From: Balanoglossus misakiensis
Lineage: Eukaryota; Animalia; Hemichordata
Direction of reading: 5' to 3'
DNA: 64,000 nt
Assembly (NCBI GenBank): GCA_040954595.2
Contig: CM082580.2
Location: 8,100,390-8,164,389 of the forward strand
Shown piece by piece: positions 44,187-58,356 of this stretch (position 1 is the stretch's first letter; each line of letters opens with the position of its first letter). A program made the position numbers and the translations under genes. Under the pieces are notes generated by a model. That model searched no databases, was not told the DNA's origin, and was given only the letters and a program-made list of their open reading frames with translations.

Positions 44187-47100
44187 ATGGTGACTATGGC
44201 AATGGGTGGTGATGGTGGTTACAGGGTGCTGTTGGTTCTTTGCGTATTTACAGCGCTGGACGTTGTGCAGCGCAGCCACGGGGCTCTGGCGGACTGGAAG
44301 GCAGACATGGACGAGTTCATCCTGGACGTCATGCAGTGCCGGAACGTCGCGGGCCTGGGCATCGCCCTGGTGTCGAACGGCGAGGTGCTGCTGACGCAGG
44401 GCTACGGGAAACGCGAGACCGACCCGCCGAAGGAGGCCGACGAGAACACCCTGTTCCCCATCGGGTCGCTGACCAAGGCCTTCACGTCGGCCGTCATCGC
44501 CGACATCCTCAGCTCGCAGTCGACGACCGCCACCGGGAACACGACCTGGGACACACCGCTGATTCAAATCGTCGGACCGACTTTTGCCTTGGACGGTTGC
44601 TTCAGAACCCAGGGCACAACCCTGCGAGACTTGCTCTGTCACCGTGTTGGCCTGGAAGAGGAACAAGTCCTCACTGTTATGGGCTTGGATATGAACAAAG
44701 ACAACTTTCTCCAGTAAGTACTTTCTTTTAATGTCACCAGACCAGGTCACTATAACACTCAATGTGATCTCAAAAGGGGTCAGTGTGTACCTAATCCCTT
44801 GTTGTCATCGATCAATGAAATTTTTGTTCGTTACAAACAAAACGTAGAACGCGCGGCCAAAATGGGTACATATATACACAAACTTTTTATCAGCCTATGA
44901 TTGCGGCTGTACGTTTATGTACGAAAGTTAAGTAATAAACGGGTGAAGCCCCTGTTTATTATGTTATGTGGTATGCACACATGCGTATATGGTGTCATCC
45001 GTCGCCTAAGGAAACGGATGGGATTGAAGAATTGTATCGTTATTGGTAGAAGTGACAATTCAAGGGGCTTTAAACTATCGCACGTGGCGTCTCAAATTTA
45101 ACGCAAATATGATTTGAAGTAAACTTGATTCAATATCGCGATATATTAATCTGTATTAAGTGTAACGTTTCGAAACTCGATTGACCATGACATTGTTTCT
45201 AATGGGTGTTCTCCCCTCCCCCACCCTGCCGCGCGCATTCCAAGTGACGGATCTCGATCGAGCGTGAATGGCACAGGCACAGATGCGTTACTCCGATACT
45301 GTTTCACGATTTATTTCATTGGCGATCTTATCGCCGGCTTGATGGCCGCGACACGTCCGCAAACTGTCTGTCATCCGATAATGGCAGCAATTGCGGGGAA
45401 AAAAGTGAAAGTCGGGACAAGTACACGACCAACGTAGATTTTCAACGGTGCAATCTCTCTTGACAGGGCCAACAGATATGCATGTATGTGCATGCATGTG
45501 CAAACCTACAACAGTTATCACCAATACCCGAGGTAGTTACAATTACGATTTTCTGAATATACTGAGTGTCCCTGTCTTAAGAGTTCGTTTTTTTGTAATC
45601 ACAAGCGACAAACTGTCCGTGTCACGATTTTTCTGCAATGCATGTGAGCGACAAGTCCAAATGTGACCCTCGCTCTCAATGTCAATATCGTTGCTGCGAT
45701 CAGTGTCAGGCAAAAAAACGGACGTACCCTTTCAACACACGACACGCCGCTCACCACTGCTACGATAAATCGCCCTGGCCGACACCCGATCGCCCTGAAT
45801 ACGTGTCAGCACGTTCTCATGTGTGGACTAACTTTCCCCCTCGCTGCTATCTCTGAAGTCTTACATCGATGCCGAATGTGCGGTGATACCAACGGCGCGG
45901 CGAGGACATGTCAACAGCAGTGACACCGACTGCCAAACAACCATCCATCACCGCTCACTTCAAAAACACTGTGGAGATGTTTAAAAAAATCACGGGGGGG
46001 GGGGGGAGCGCTGACAGTTTCAAGCTGCCATCGTGTCAGTCAGGATATAGGCCTTGGGGACCCGAAGGATTATCGCAAAGTGACGTGGGAATCCGTCAAT
46101 CTCGCGATAATCCGACTGGTTTTAACCTCGACCACCGGTATTATATTCGCCCTGAATGCAACCGTGGTCAATCATATGATGTCACGTTGTTCCTAAAATA
46201 GACCGACTTATAGATACCATAAGCCAATTTGACTATGATGCAGAGATCGAGTAGTTGGATCGCAGCTTGTAAATCGTTATAGTTTGTGAATCGCATTGCC
46301 ATTGGTCGTTAATCAAGGGGTTGCAATATCTATATTCGGGATCTGTATCTCCATCAATTTCTTTTCTCTCGTTCCATATTACTCTGACCGCCCAGGGTAT
46401 ACATTCCTTTTTCGTTTAAGCTTATAATTCCACCCTGACGACTGAAAATAATCACACTTTTCGCGTTATAGAACTTCTGGAGGCCCTATCATTAAACGGA
46501 TGATAAATATTTTAGTTTTTTTGTCCTTTTTTCATCGACAGACGGGTTGGCTATTTGAAAGAGAAGTACTCCTTTCGGAGTCAGTTTTTCTACAGCAACT
46601 TCATGTACACGTTGGCCGGACGAGTTGCCGAGGCCCTGACGGGCATGACGTACCAGAAGTTGATCAAAGACCGACTCTTCGGGCCGCTGGGTATGACGTC
46701 ATCACGGCTCACGAGCGACTTTGACAACTTGGCCGGCGTTCCCAATCTGGCTAAGGGGTACGCCACAAGCGAGACGGGCGAAGTTTATCCCTACAATGTA
46801 GAGACCCTCAGGTGAGTGCATACAATTTGCATGTGCAGAGTTATTGCCAAAATCCTCAGCAGTCTTTTCCCAACCTCCGACACAGACTATGGTCGCCGCC
46901 ATCTTGTCTGCTGTTAGGAAGTACTGCCTCATTGCAACCAGGGTCTCTGGTTTGGCACATGCGCAAAAGACGACCGTCGCCCTTTAACCATGAGGAGACG
47001 TATGTAGATTAAAGGTGACTGTTGTTTTTTTTATTCGGTACACAGTATAGTTGACGTGTTGGATGCTGCCGGATCGGTCATGTCCACGGCCAAGGACATG

Positions 47101-50100
47101 GCGACCTGGATGATCTTCCAGATGAACGGAGGACGAAACTCTCAAGGTCGAGTTGTCGTGGACGCCGACTTCCTCCGAGAGACGCAGACCGCGCAGATGT
47201 CGCTGCATGACCCCAAGGGCATGGACAGGTCAAACTACCCGGTGGAAGACACCAGTAACAATTATGCGATGGGATGGATCGAAGGACAATACAGAGGTAT
47301 AAGGGCTCGACCAATAATTTTTCGGGGGGGGGGCAATGCAGAGGTACAAGGGATCGACCACTCATCCTTTGGGAGAAATGCTCAAAAGGAGGAATTCCTT
47401 TTTACTGTAACACTAACTTGTATTTTGTAATATAATCTGCTGCTTCATTTAATGCTGTCAGAGTTATGCCTTCAAAGCTAGGCTATATTGTAAAACTTTT
47501 CCAACCTTTTTAGGTTTATCTCTTTAAGAAGTGGTCTTTGATACAGGCCCAGTAGACTAACATACCAGCAGACGGGGTATAGTTTCTTAAGAATTTAATG
47601 GACTACCGGAGGAAATGTTAACAAAAAGCGCGAACCATAGCAGTCGCTCTGGGGATATAAACCACACTATGGGGACGCAAGGCACACGCGAAGTGTAATC
47701 CTAGATTTCCTGGGGTCGACAGAAGTCGGCCGTGTTGTGCTTTTCACGCTGTAGTGTATAATTCCTATATAAATTGTCACGATCCGTCTGCGCTGTGTAG
47801 GCCGGCGGCGAGGCAGAGGTCGCGGCTGTAAAAGGCCCCGGACGATAAATCACGCCGAAACAAGCGGGAGCCGTACGCCGTGAGCGCTGCCACCTTTGAC
47901 GGTCGATCCTTGCCAAATGAAACGTTTGCCGGGAGTGTTCGGCTGGAACGAGCGTTTTTAATTACCTTCCCTGGAAACGGTAAAGACGATAGCAGTGGAA
48001 GTATCCGAATATGGGAGTAGAATTTGTTGTCAGGATTGATACACGGCCGGATTATACAATTCTCAGCACTGGCCTCTAACGATATATAGGGAATGAAAAA
48101 TTTAAAGTGGTTTTCATTCTGTCCTGCTGAGCAAAGTTAACACAATTATGGATGACATGTCTCGACTGAAAATGATTAATCTTACTTCATATTTTCCCAG
48201 GACCCTGGAATGTGTATTATCAGTAAACTATCCGACCGATGTCATGATGTCATCACATCATGCTGAACCCCGCACCGCGCTTACGTCATAACCTCCTGAC
48301 GCCTACGTCATGTCAGTCTCTTGAATTCGAATTACACTCGAATAGCAGCGGCGATTGATTAATTTGTTCCTCGATGATCAAACCCTGTTTGATATTTCCG
48401 TTTTGCATTAATATTTTAGCAAGGCTTATGGGTATAGCGATTTGCAAAGTGACATTTGCAAATGATAGAGCCGTTTTTTTACCCGCTGTCATTCAACATC
48501 CAAAATGATGGTTTCTCGACCCGTTCGATGTTTAAAAAAAATAGAAAACAAAATTTCGTGCAAGAATTTACAAACATGGCCGACGCTCTCCGTGTCAATA
48601 CCATATTTGGATGGTAGGCTAGCAGATTTCCCTTGCTAAACACATTCACTGAAAATTTGACTCCAAATCACCGTTCGTTTTAATTTCACGCAGGTTTGTT
48701 TTGACTCGATCCACAGGCGCTATGTCGAGGGTCCATAGCAAAGGTTACACTGGCACAGTGATAAACTCTCCTTCTTTCCTGTAAACTGTCCTTTCCAATC
48801 CAAGATAGAGAAAGTGAACACTCGCCAGTCACCAAGCTCACCCACACTGAATCCACAGCACTTGTGTCTTTAATCACACGGCATCAGATTTTTTTTCTCC
48901 GTATAAAGGGCATCGCACATTTTTTTCAAAATGAGACGAGTTCTCGTGTGTCCTGTTGTATCGAAAACGTTTACATTGCCGAACTGCCCGTGAGCCATAT
49001 TTGCTCAGACTTTTTTGATGAACACGGCGTCCTCGTATATGTGACACGAAATTAAATACTGAGGCAATTATCAGAGTCGCCGGGAAAATGAAACACGTCG
49101 AGGGGTGTGGAAACGCTTCGCTAAATAGATGTTGAGACAACGTTAGCCCTCGGGTCGGGAGAATTCAACCACAGTCCCTCAACCAACGGGTCCTGGTGTG
49201 GACCAATGTCGGAAATTAAACGGGGGGGGGGATGTTGTCTCGGATCCAAATGCGATTCGCTAAAGAAAACCGCGGTGAGCCGGGAAATGCTGCTCCCTTC
49301 GTCCCGTATTAATAACGTCTTCTGGCCATGCATGATTTGACTTTTATTCGTTTTCTTCCTCTGCACAGGCTACGAACGTCTAGGCCACACGGGGAACATC
49401 GCTTCCTACAGTTCATTCGTCTGGATGTTTCCAGGTGAGAAGGCCGGCGTGTTCATCTCCATCAACTCGCCCATGGACGAGCGGGAGGTGCAGGCTGCCC
49501 TGAAGACCATCGCCTGGTTCGTCTCCGACAAACTGCTGGAGCAGAACCCCTGGATGAGCAGTCAGGACGCCTGCAGGTACCCAGAGCCGTGGGTGAATTC
49601 AACACAGCCCGGAGGTGGCGGCGGCAGTCCGCCGGAACCTGTCCCGACGGCGACGGACGGACCAAACGATTTAAACGCGTTCGTTGGAACTTACGGAAAC
49701 ATGGCGTACGGCAGTTTGAAGATTTCTGTCTCCGGCAGCGAAACAGGGGAAGAACACCTCAGGTACGCGTACGGCGATTTTGGAAGCGGTAGGCTGTACG
49801 CCACGCACGACAACCACACCTTCAAAGCGTCAATCGACGGAGATCTGTGGTACTGGGGCGACAATATGCAATTCAATGTCGAGTACCCGGGTGGAGTGTA
49901 TATGAAATTCAGTGGCGTCGCCGAGGGTTTAATGCACGCAGTTAATTTCCCCGGACCCTTGACCGGCGGCGGACCAGAATTCGAGAGAGATCTCGAGGTG
50001 TCCAATTCGGGGATGCCGCCGATGTCGCAAGCGTGTGACGGTAATGTCTCGGCAGGAGCCAACCTCCAATGTCACGTGACACTCCTCCAGTTTCTAATAA

Positions 50101-50132
50101 TATCAGTTCTTCGATATGTCGTGAACCTTTAA
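44187..50132 (+). CDS. Secreted, probably GPI-anchored beta-lactamase/PBP-fold serine hydrolase, paralog B (~603 aa)
   Basis: Exons 44187-44713, 46542-46811, 47046-47296, 49369-50132 (1812 nt; phases 2, 2, 1, same as paralog A). Motifs: IGSLTK, LRDLLCHR, FYSN, GHTG and DUF3471-like FVGTYGNMAYG. Small residues (NVSAGAN) precede a hydrophobic tail. A 5' UTR intron is likely (donor ~43077, acceptor ~44126). Confidence 0.9.
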
Positions 50133-50412
50133 AAATTGTTATGATGTAAAACACTGTTTCAGCTTGTCAAAAGCGTTCATTTTCATTGCGTTGGAAGTGT
50201 TGATCACGTGACTTTAATCAGGGAAAATGTCATGGAATTCGGGACAATGTCTTCTGACTGATGCCCTAACCTATTCTGACGGGCCAAACTTTTTTATCGT
50301 AATTATTATTTTTAAGTTATTTACCATACCAACTAAATGTAACGAGATTTCGAGAACAGATTTGCTTCACGTAACGTACTTTTCAGCAGTATATGTACAT
50401 GTACTAGTATAC

Positions 50413-50525
50413 CAATCTGATTAAAATCAGATGTAGGGAACGGCGACTTGGGTTTTTTATGCTGTCGCCTCACAGCATAAAAAAAACCAAGTCGCCGTTC
50501 CCTACATCTGATTTTAATCAGATTG
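50413..50525. mobile_element. 113-bp foldback MITE with a 9-bp target-site duplication
   Basis: Arms 50413-50465 and 50472-50525 are near-perfect reverse complements. CTAGTATAC directly flanks both sides (50404-50412 and 50526-50534). Confidence 0.9.
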
Positions 50526-52530
50526 CTAGTATACGAGACATCACATCCATTGGAGGAAATAACCCGTTGCTACGCAGCACAAACTAAACTTCGCAGTCGT
50601 TGATTTCATCATGGTAGACACAGCACCCCTCGAGTATATATACGTTTTTATCAGCAGACGACGCTAAAAGCCGTTGGCACTCGTAAATTTCTGGTGTAGC
50701 GCGCCGACAAATCCCGGCGTTGTGCAAAATGCAATCAGTGGCTTGCATGGAAGTCGTCGACATTCGACATGACTTGATTCAACCCAACATCAATAGTAAT
50801 TTACGACGTCCTATCGACACGTGTTACCTCAGCGGTGGCGACGAACTGATTACGTTTGAAATTACGCCCGTACCGTGTCTCACATACCCATCTGTCAAAT
50901 TAATTTCACGATCGTCGTTGTAACCGAGAAGAACCCCCGAGTAATCTTGCCCATTACGTTCGTTCTGTAAGAGTATTGTGAATTTATGCACAGATTGTGG
51001 AATCTGAAGAAGGTATTTTATATACATGTAACTTAATATTGTATTTTTACACTTGTGACAGTATACTGGGTATTTTATATTAATACTAGTCCTACACCTG
51101 CGCTTTCTGCAAATCCTATCGGGCTCCCCTTTGCCGCCGGGTTTGCCGAACGATTTACTAAATTGTGTTTTGGAATCATTAAATGTTAGTATGTTTGAAG
51201 TTTTCAGACAATTACCCTTTAACTGCCGGCGGAGCTATATTCACACAAAAGTATGTCGCTATTGACGACCGGATTAAAATAGCGGGTCATTTTATTGTAT
51301 TACTGAGCTATTGGGCAATTGGATGTAAATTTATACTGTGTATTTTGAGAAGCTGATTTGAAACCAATTCCGTGGTGTTATACTTGTCCGCATCGATGCG
51401 AATGTTTGGTTGAAATGTTCGCATCACACAAAATGCATCGCCATCGCGATGCGTTGTGCGCATGTACGCAGGCGTATAAATCTCGTCAACTGAAACCTGT
51501 ACGCCAAGGCTCAAAAATAGTGATCAGAATCGACCGGACTATAGTCGCCGGATAAATTGCATCAGACACGGATCAATGCGTATTCTGCGTGTATATATAC
51601 CTCGTCCATAACACCATACAAATTTCCCTCCAAGGCACAACGAACTTCGCAGGGTTGGGACTTAAGTTCTCGACCGAGATAGACCAAACCACCTCACCCA
51701 GATATAATATATCTAAACCTCAGTGGAGGGAGTATGTTGATTTTAGTTGCACCGCCGTCCAGATCTATACATGTCAACAATAATTCCTCTCCCTTTCTGT
51801 TCAAGTTGTAGCTCGGTAAATATGTTGACAGTGGATATCTTAGTGTGTTTTCATTTTGTCGGACGGGTTTTTTTTCTGATCAACGGACAATGATTGGATT
51901 TGTTATGTAGAATGATATATAAATGGAATAAATGTAATGTCAGTATGGTTTTATTACCACTCTCGCTGTCATGTACTCTTTTTGTAACGTTGCTATGCCA
52001 ACAGAGCAGGTCAGCCTGCGGAGTGTGCTCTGATTAAAACTAGCTGTGGAGCCTGCCATCATGTGATTTTTCTGTTCTCGTTCTACAGACGAGAATGGCA
52101 AAGACCCAGAAAATGTGAAACACGGAGATTATACATCTCTACAGCTGGTACGTAGCTGGTACACAAAACAGATACACAGGAAAGTTCATATGCGACTGAA
52201 TTGAATCGAACTCTATATTCGCTTCTTTGGCTTTTGCGGCGCAACTCACAAAGGGAGCCTATATTCGCAGCGTGGCTTCCTGTGAAGCCAAACGTATTTC
52301 CACTTTGTGCTAGTTGAATTTTGTCATCAGAGCTGACGACCCACTTTTTAGTTTCCGCTCGACCGTCCTCCCCGGGGATTCTTCATTTTGTCGGACAAGG
52401 ATGAGATTTCCTCGAAACCGAGACCTTCTTCCGATGAAACAAGCTCTCTGTCGATTCCGTTTACGCTGCACGCAATCAGGTCGAGAATGCTTAACTCCTT
52501 GGAATCTAAACACACCAGTCGAGTCATTAA

Positions 52531-52702
52531 AGGTATACGGTCACCTCTAATTTACATACGCGCTTATATGGATGAATTGGCTTATTTGAGTGTTCTAAAG
52601 AACATATGGTGGCATTCTTTTTTCCACTGAAATTCTGTGATTGGCTAGATCTCAATGTGCCATGGTAACCGTAGCTAAATTTTCATAGGAGACAGTATAC
52701 CT
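52531..52702 (+). mobile_element. Kolobok-like MITE, copy 2
   Basis: TTAA|AGGTATACGGTCACCT...AGGAGACAGTATACCT|TTAA. Homologous to copies 1 and 3. Confidence 0.85.
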
Positions 52703-55109
52703 TTAAAGCAACAAACATTCACATTCTTGTACGCAACGGAGTTGAAATATTATCGCAGTATTCTGTTTTATCGGACAGTACGTTTACGATAATAGGAATA
52801 CACGTATCATAAAACTAAACGTAATATGCACACGTGTGTTCTTAATTTAACTAATGCACGGGTTTCAGGAAATGTCACGGGCTGTACCACTTGACAGTCA
52901 AGTGACAGCGGAAAGTCAACAAGAAGCCGTGTTTTTGACACAATATATAAAATGCAGTAAGGGTAGCATTAGTATAACCCGAGAAAAGTCTGTTTTGAGT
53001 GCAAATAGGGGTCGTGTCATACCATTGCGCACCGAGGATTAATTTTTTTCTGTGTGGCTGGCTTGTGTCATTTAAACTCGCGAGAGATGGCCTTGAATAA
53101 TAAAAGTATCAGTAGCTTAGCATAATAGCAGTCCGGAATGGCCAGTATTTGCTTCAAGTTAGAGTATTAAATTAATGAATGCACAAATCAATATACCACT
53201 TAATAATTCTATTTATTACCCCAGGGACACACCCACGCACAGATTTTTTTTTAATTTGAAAAAACGTCTGTATTTAATTTTTCTAAGACCTGTGTTGCTT
53301 ATAGTCTTCAAGGCAAACTTTGGACACGAAGGAATTGCCGAATGCCATTAGTTTCCATGGAAACAAATGTGTCAGCTTTACCTTCGATTTGCTCTTCACT
53401 CCGCGTACAGCGAAGGGAATCGAAGATTACAAAACACTCACTCGTGGATTAAAGTTTTTTTCTTTCGCTTTTTTTACACTAAAATAGTTACTTGAGGTTG
53501 GTCGTCCTTCTGGGGTTAATTTGTGATTTATAGCGATTTTTGACGTGAAAAGACGCCAAAGGACCATCCACATCGGGAATTACGAATGTACAATTTGATG
53601 ATTTAATTCTACCGACGTCCCGAATGAATTAGCATTCCGGTTATTGATTGATTTTCTTTATTAATTAATAATCACTATATTGCATGAGTTTTGTTTGACC
53701 TGCTTCAGTAGCAGCTGCATTCGTTGTAAGACAAAACAAAATGGCGTTTCAACACGAAAACAATAAGATCTCAAATATTATATGCGAAAATCAGCATCTC
53801 GATTAATCACTACAGTTCGGGAAGGGATTAATTTTTCTTTATGATGTAATTTGTTCGTTGATTGTATTGAGAGATTAAACTATGAGGGATATAGCTGCTA
53901 ATATTTTCACTTCCAATGAAATATATCTTTTAAGCGGTTTGCAGCTGTTTTTAATCCCGACGATATTGGAATTAATTGAATGACTGGCTCGAAATCCAAC
54001 CAGCAGTTGTCAGGTATGCCACCCGAGGGCGCTATTACAGACACAGACTAATTGGTCCATTTCTGAAGAAGGTCGGAAGTGTGGCACACCGAAAAATCGT
54101 GCCACCAAAGGGTCATTAAAATGACTAGATGAGGATACATATAAATTAGAGATGATTTAGTTCTTTATAAGCTTAACGATGCTTGGGTTGATACACAGGG
54201 CAAAGTTAATGATAATGTTCTTATATACTAATAGAACCCAATAGTAAATCGTTCATAACTGTATATTGAGCGAGCGAGCGAAACTCTTAGGATTTTATAG
54301 CAATTCGTAGAATTTCACTGTCTGCTAAGCATGCTTTAGCAAGAAAATTGGCTGCAAAATGGAATCACGGTATAGTTCATTGTTTGTGATTGGGTCATGC
54401 GTGGCACTTACGATCCCCGTTTCCGTAACCCGAGTGTTATGGTGCATGTCTGAAACCCTGCATATGAGTGTTGAATATTGAGTATTAAGGTTACGTGTGA
54501 GGAAATGACATTCAAGGAATTGTGGGTCATCAACTTCTTCAATGACGGATTGGCCTGTCTATTCGCAAATGTTTCTTCCCCTACCTTAGTTATATGATCG
54601 TTTTTTGTAGGCATAAGAGCGTCTTGCAATGAACATGTGCCCAGGTGTCAAGTACAGGTTACGAAGTACAACTATGTGTTCATGACCTCAGGTGTCATCT
54701 GTTTGAACCCCGCCACCTTCCTTCTCCGCGCATAGTACATGTATGCATTTGAATCCTTGACATACATAGCCTGTGTCAGCGCTCACACACAGTTACGCTG
54801 TTGCTGAACAAAAGTTAATCCACACACCTAAGCAGGAATGCCGTCGGTCCAGATCACAATGAACTGCTGACCCCGGCTGCTTACACACGATGCTAGTTTC
54901 AGACCTAGAACGTTTGTAATGGCCTGTGTCTGAACAAGGCCAATGCGGTACACAATGACACTCGCACGGGAAGGTTTACAAGACATGGTTTATATGAATA
55001 CTTTAGTCATGTGTATTTTGATATTCCTATTTTTATGTACCGCTATTGTGGGCTTGATTACAATGTTACAAAATAAAAACACATTTCAGCAAAATTTCTC
55101 TCGAGTTAA

Positions 55110-55295
55110 AGGTATACGGCCACCTATGCAAGTTTAGCTACAGTTCCCATGGCAAATTGAGATATAGCCAATCACAGATTTTCAGTGGGTGGCACATGCG
55201 AAAAAAGAGCGCCATCAAATGTTCTTTAGAACACTCAGATTCGCCATTTTTGCCGTTTATGGACATATGTAAATCGGGTGGCCGTGTGTGTACCT
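55110..55295 (-). mobile_element. Kolobok-like MITE, copy 3 (inverted orientation)
   Basis: TTAA|AGGTATACGGCCACCT...GGTGGCCGTGTGTGTACCT|TTAA. The internal sequence matches the reverse complement of copies 1 and 2. Confidence 0.85.
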
Positions 55296-56377
55296 TTAAT
55301 ATAATGTGACTCGGATATCTGTCGACAAACATCCTTGCTTGGGTCACGGTGTACGGAACTCGATCGCCTGGTGCACGTGTATACGTTCTGTATACGTTCT
55401 CGCCGCTTTTGATCTGCTCGCGTGACGTCATCTGGCAGCCATCCAAGTGTGCATCTCATCGCCGCTTATTAAAACTCGAGTGTCGGTGGAGAGCTTCGGT
55501 GTCCACTTCAGATTAAGGTAATCAAGGTGCCCACCTCGGAGTCACGATTTTTTGCCCACTTTTTACTCGTGTGTGCATGTGCGTGGATGATACGCCTTCG
55601 AAAAACAGGCGATCCCGACTTGTATTGAATCTTTCTATACTGTTTCTGCTTTTATATCAGGACATATTCAATCAACTACTCTCTCTCTCTCTCTCTTTCC
55701 ATCTCTCTCTCTCTCGTACATGGATATAATGGATATTTGTGTGAATATTCGTAAGCAACTTTTTTCCCAAAATGGAAACGCACGCGCAGTTTCCCACCAG
55801 AAAAGGGCGTCTTCCGTCCACTTCACCCATTGGGCAAAGTATACAAGGTTTCACGTATAGAATTTTTACTCCAGTGTCCACGAACCAATTAGTCCTAGTT
55901 TCAAGAACCCGACTTTTAAAACAGGTCAAATAATTGAAATGGCCCGATCGCAATTCAACAGTATCGTTTTATTGTCTCATTAATGAACATTGCACGTTAA
56001 AAGCATAATATGTAAACTAACGACATGACGTACATTTTATCCTTATGCGGACGTTCAAACTAATTACCAAGGAAACGATGATGCAATCTGGAGATGTGTC
56101 TTCATCCTTGTGAAGCAGAGAACAAAACCCGTAGCAACGATTCGAATATGGCTGCATGCGAACCTTCTGCAAACGAAGATATTTGGACGAAGAGATCTTT
56201 ACTTAAAAACTAAATATCCACATTTCATTCACATAAATTGTTCTCGAATCAAAAACAATTATGGTCACCTTCGTTCATGTTCTGGTGGGGTGGGATGGGA
56301 GGCGAGTTTTCAGTCGAATAAAGATCGTTGCATTTGACTCATTTGGCTTGGAAGGACTGCAAAGAGTTCCCTCACTA

Positions 56378-57262
56378 CTAGCTCGACGTGGCTGCGAAGT
56401 CTTCACCCGAAACGTCCACATGAGAACACGGCCTGCAAGCGCAGTCGAGGGGTATCTTCATCGGAACGCGAATCACTTTCCTGCTGCCGCCATCTTCGGC
56501 GGAGGAGGAGGCGCACAGCACACTCACCCGGCGCACCGCGAAGCGCAGAGGCGCGCAGCAGGTGCAGTAGTCCCGGGACACGAGCTCTCCCCTGGGGTTG
56601 CTCCAGAAGGGCACGGCCTCGGAGCGACACGTCCCGCGACACGCCACAGTCCTGACGCTTCTGAGGGCGCAGCTGTTTAAATTGATGTGGTAAGTGATCG
56701 GGACGGTTGCACAGCTTTCGCTGGAGTATCCCCCAGTCGCAGTCTTATGGCAATAGATCATACACACCACAACGAACAAGATGGGTGACGAGAGTCCCTA
56801 AAATAAAGCGAAACAAAAACGGTCAACGGAAAAGACGCATCCTAGACAAAATGCTGGCCCAAAACCTCACATTGGCGCATATGTTCTCATCAGTAGAACT
56901 GTCAATGGCAGTCGATCTACTCTTGCGTGGACTAAAGCAACTTACTTGCACGACGAGGGAGGTAAAGTAGAAAGCAAAGAGCGACACTGAGGTTCATAAA
57001 CTATTGGAAGATTTTTCATTTGCTCCATCATGAGCTGAAATTTTAGCGTATTCGACGATGAAATACCCAATCTCCGCCGATCGACGGACAATATCTGTGG
57101 AAGTGTTGGCGCTTGAAAGTTAAGATGATGGCTTAAAACCGGTTGCATCGCAGAAAAACCAAAATTACATGTGCAGTAAGTGTTTTGCTTTTACACGTGG
57201 CTGACTGAGAATGTATGCATATATGATATATCGTTCGCCGGAATTCTTACCATTGCGGCCAT
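56378..57262 (-). CDS. Bursicon-alpha-like secreted cystine-knot protein (~143 aa)
   Basis: Two coding exons: 57262-57251 (gcaccATGGCCGCAATG|gtaag, strong Kozak) and 56797-56378. A signal peptide is followed by an 11-Cys knot C-x13-C-x9-C-x3-C-x20-C-x-CC-x13-C-x23-C-x-C-x2-C. It ends PLDCACRPCS (insect bursicon alpha: PLECMCRPCT). Confidence 0.8.
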
Positions 57263-58356
57263 GGTGCGTCCGTCGATGGCTTTACCTCTCCACTGAGTAC
57301 GGCGGCCCCTGCATGCAGTGTGTCCCTCGACAGATATTTGTGTGGAAAGAAACAGAGCAGAAATATGGTATAGGTGTAGCTGTAGTGACGTCGCGGGACG
57401 CAAGTTGACCGACGCCTCAGAAGTGCCTCTCCGCAGAGATAGAAAACAGCGCACTTGCCGGGTTTCCGTGGCTTGTCCGTCATGATTCCCTACGTACGTG
57501 TACCGAAACCACAGACAACCGATCACCCCCGCGGTTAGTCATGACGCGAGGCAACAGGTGACGGGTGATTTTTTGCAACCTTAGAAATATACCGCGCGGG
57601 ATTGAGATTATCCATCGGGGCTGATGTGTAAACTACGCACCCTATCCCAGTGGGCAAATTGAAAGTAACCGTACCGCAGGCCTTTTACAGGCCTAGAGGC
57701 ATTTCGACCGGATATGAACCGAATATACGGTTTAGTCTCTTTAATTGCAATAATATTAAATTGTGACGTCATTTTTGTACAGTATTTTTGTCTAGCCTAT
57801 ATAAAGTTGGTTAACACATCATCAATTATCAAAAACCCACAACAGATCTGAAAGAGACAGTTGCAACACAAGAAACCTTGCAAATGCCGGAAGAGAGAGA
57901 CTTCTGTGCCCGACAGGCAGAAACTAACAGGTAACATCCGTGACCTAGAAAAGCCGCTCTGACAACAAAAAAACGAAAACAACAAAACCTACTTTGGTCA
58001 AACGTTCAAAAGTCGGCACACACATCACAAGCACCCGTTTGAACCGCAAAAAGCGCGAACGTAGTAGAAGCGGACTGTTGCATGATTAAGAAGTTTGATT
58101 GGATTTGCTTTATGTCACAAATGACGTGCGCAGTCTACGCAAACACCCGCATGTGGGGTTACCATGACGTTTATTACATGCATGTCCATTTAGTCCCTCC
58201 ACACACACCTGTCTAATGTCATAATCACAAAATTGCCTAGCTTCTAGGAGGGGGCAAGCCCTCACCCGAACCGCAAAGCATTTAGACCCCAACAATTGAA
58301 TATGTCTCCTACGGCTGGGGTCATGATGTGCCAGCGTCGTCTCCAGTTCCGCCACC

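Noticed and set aside
53215-53519. Possible piggyBac-like MITE (TTACCCCAG ... CTGGGGTTAA)
   Set aside because: The inverted match is short and imperfect and the left TTAA is not intact. It cannot be supported without other copies.
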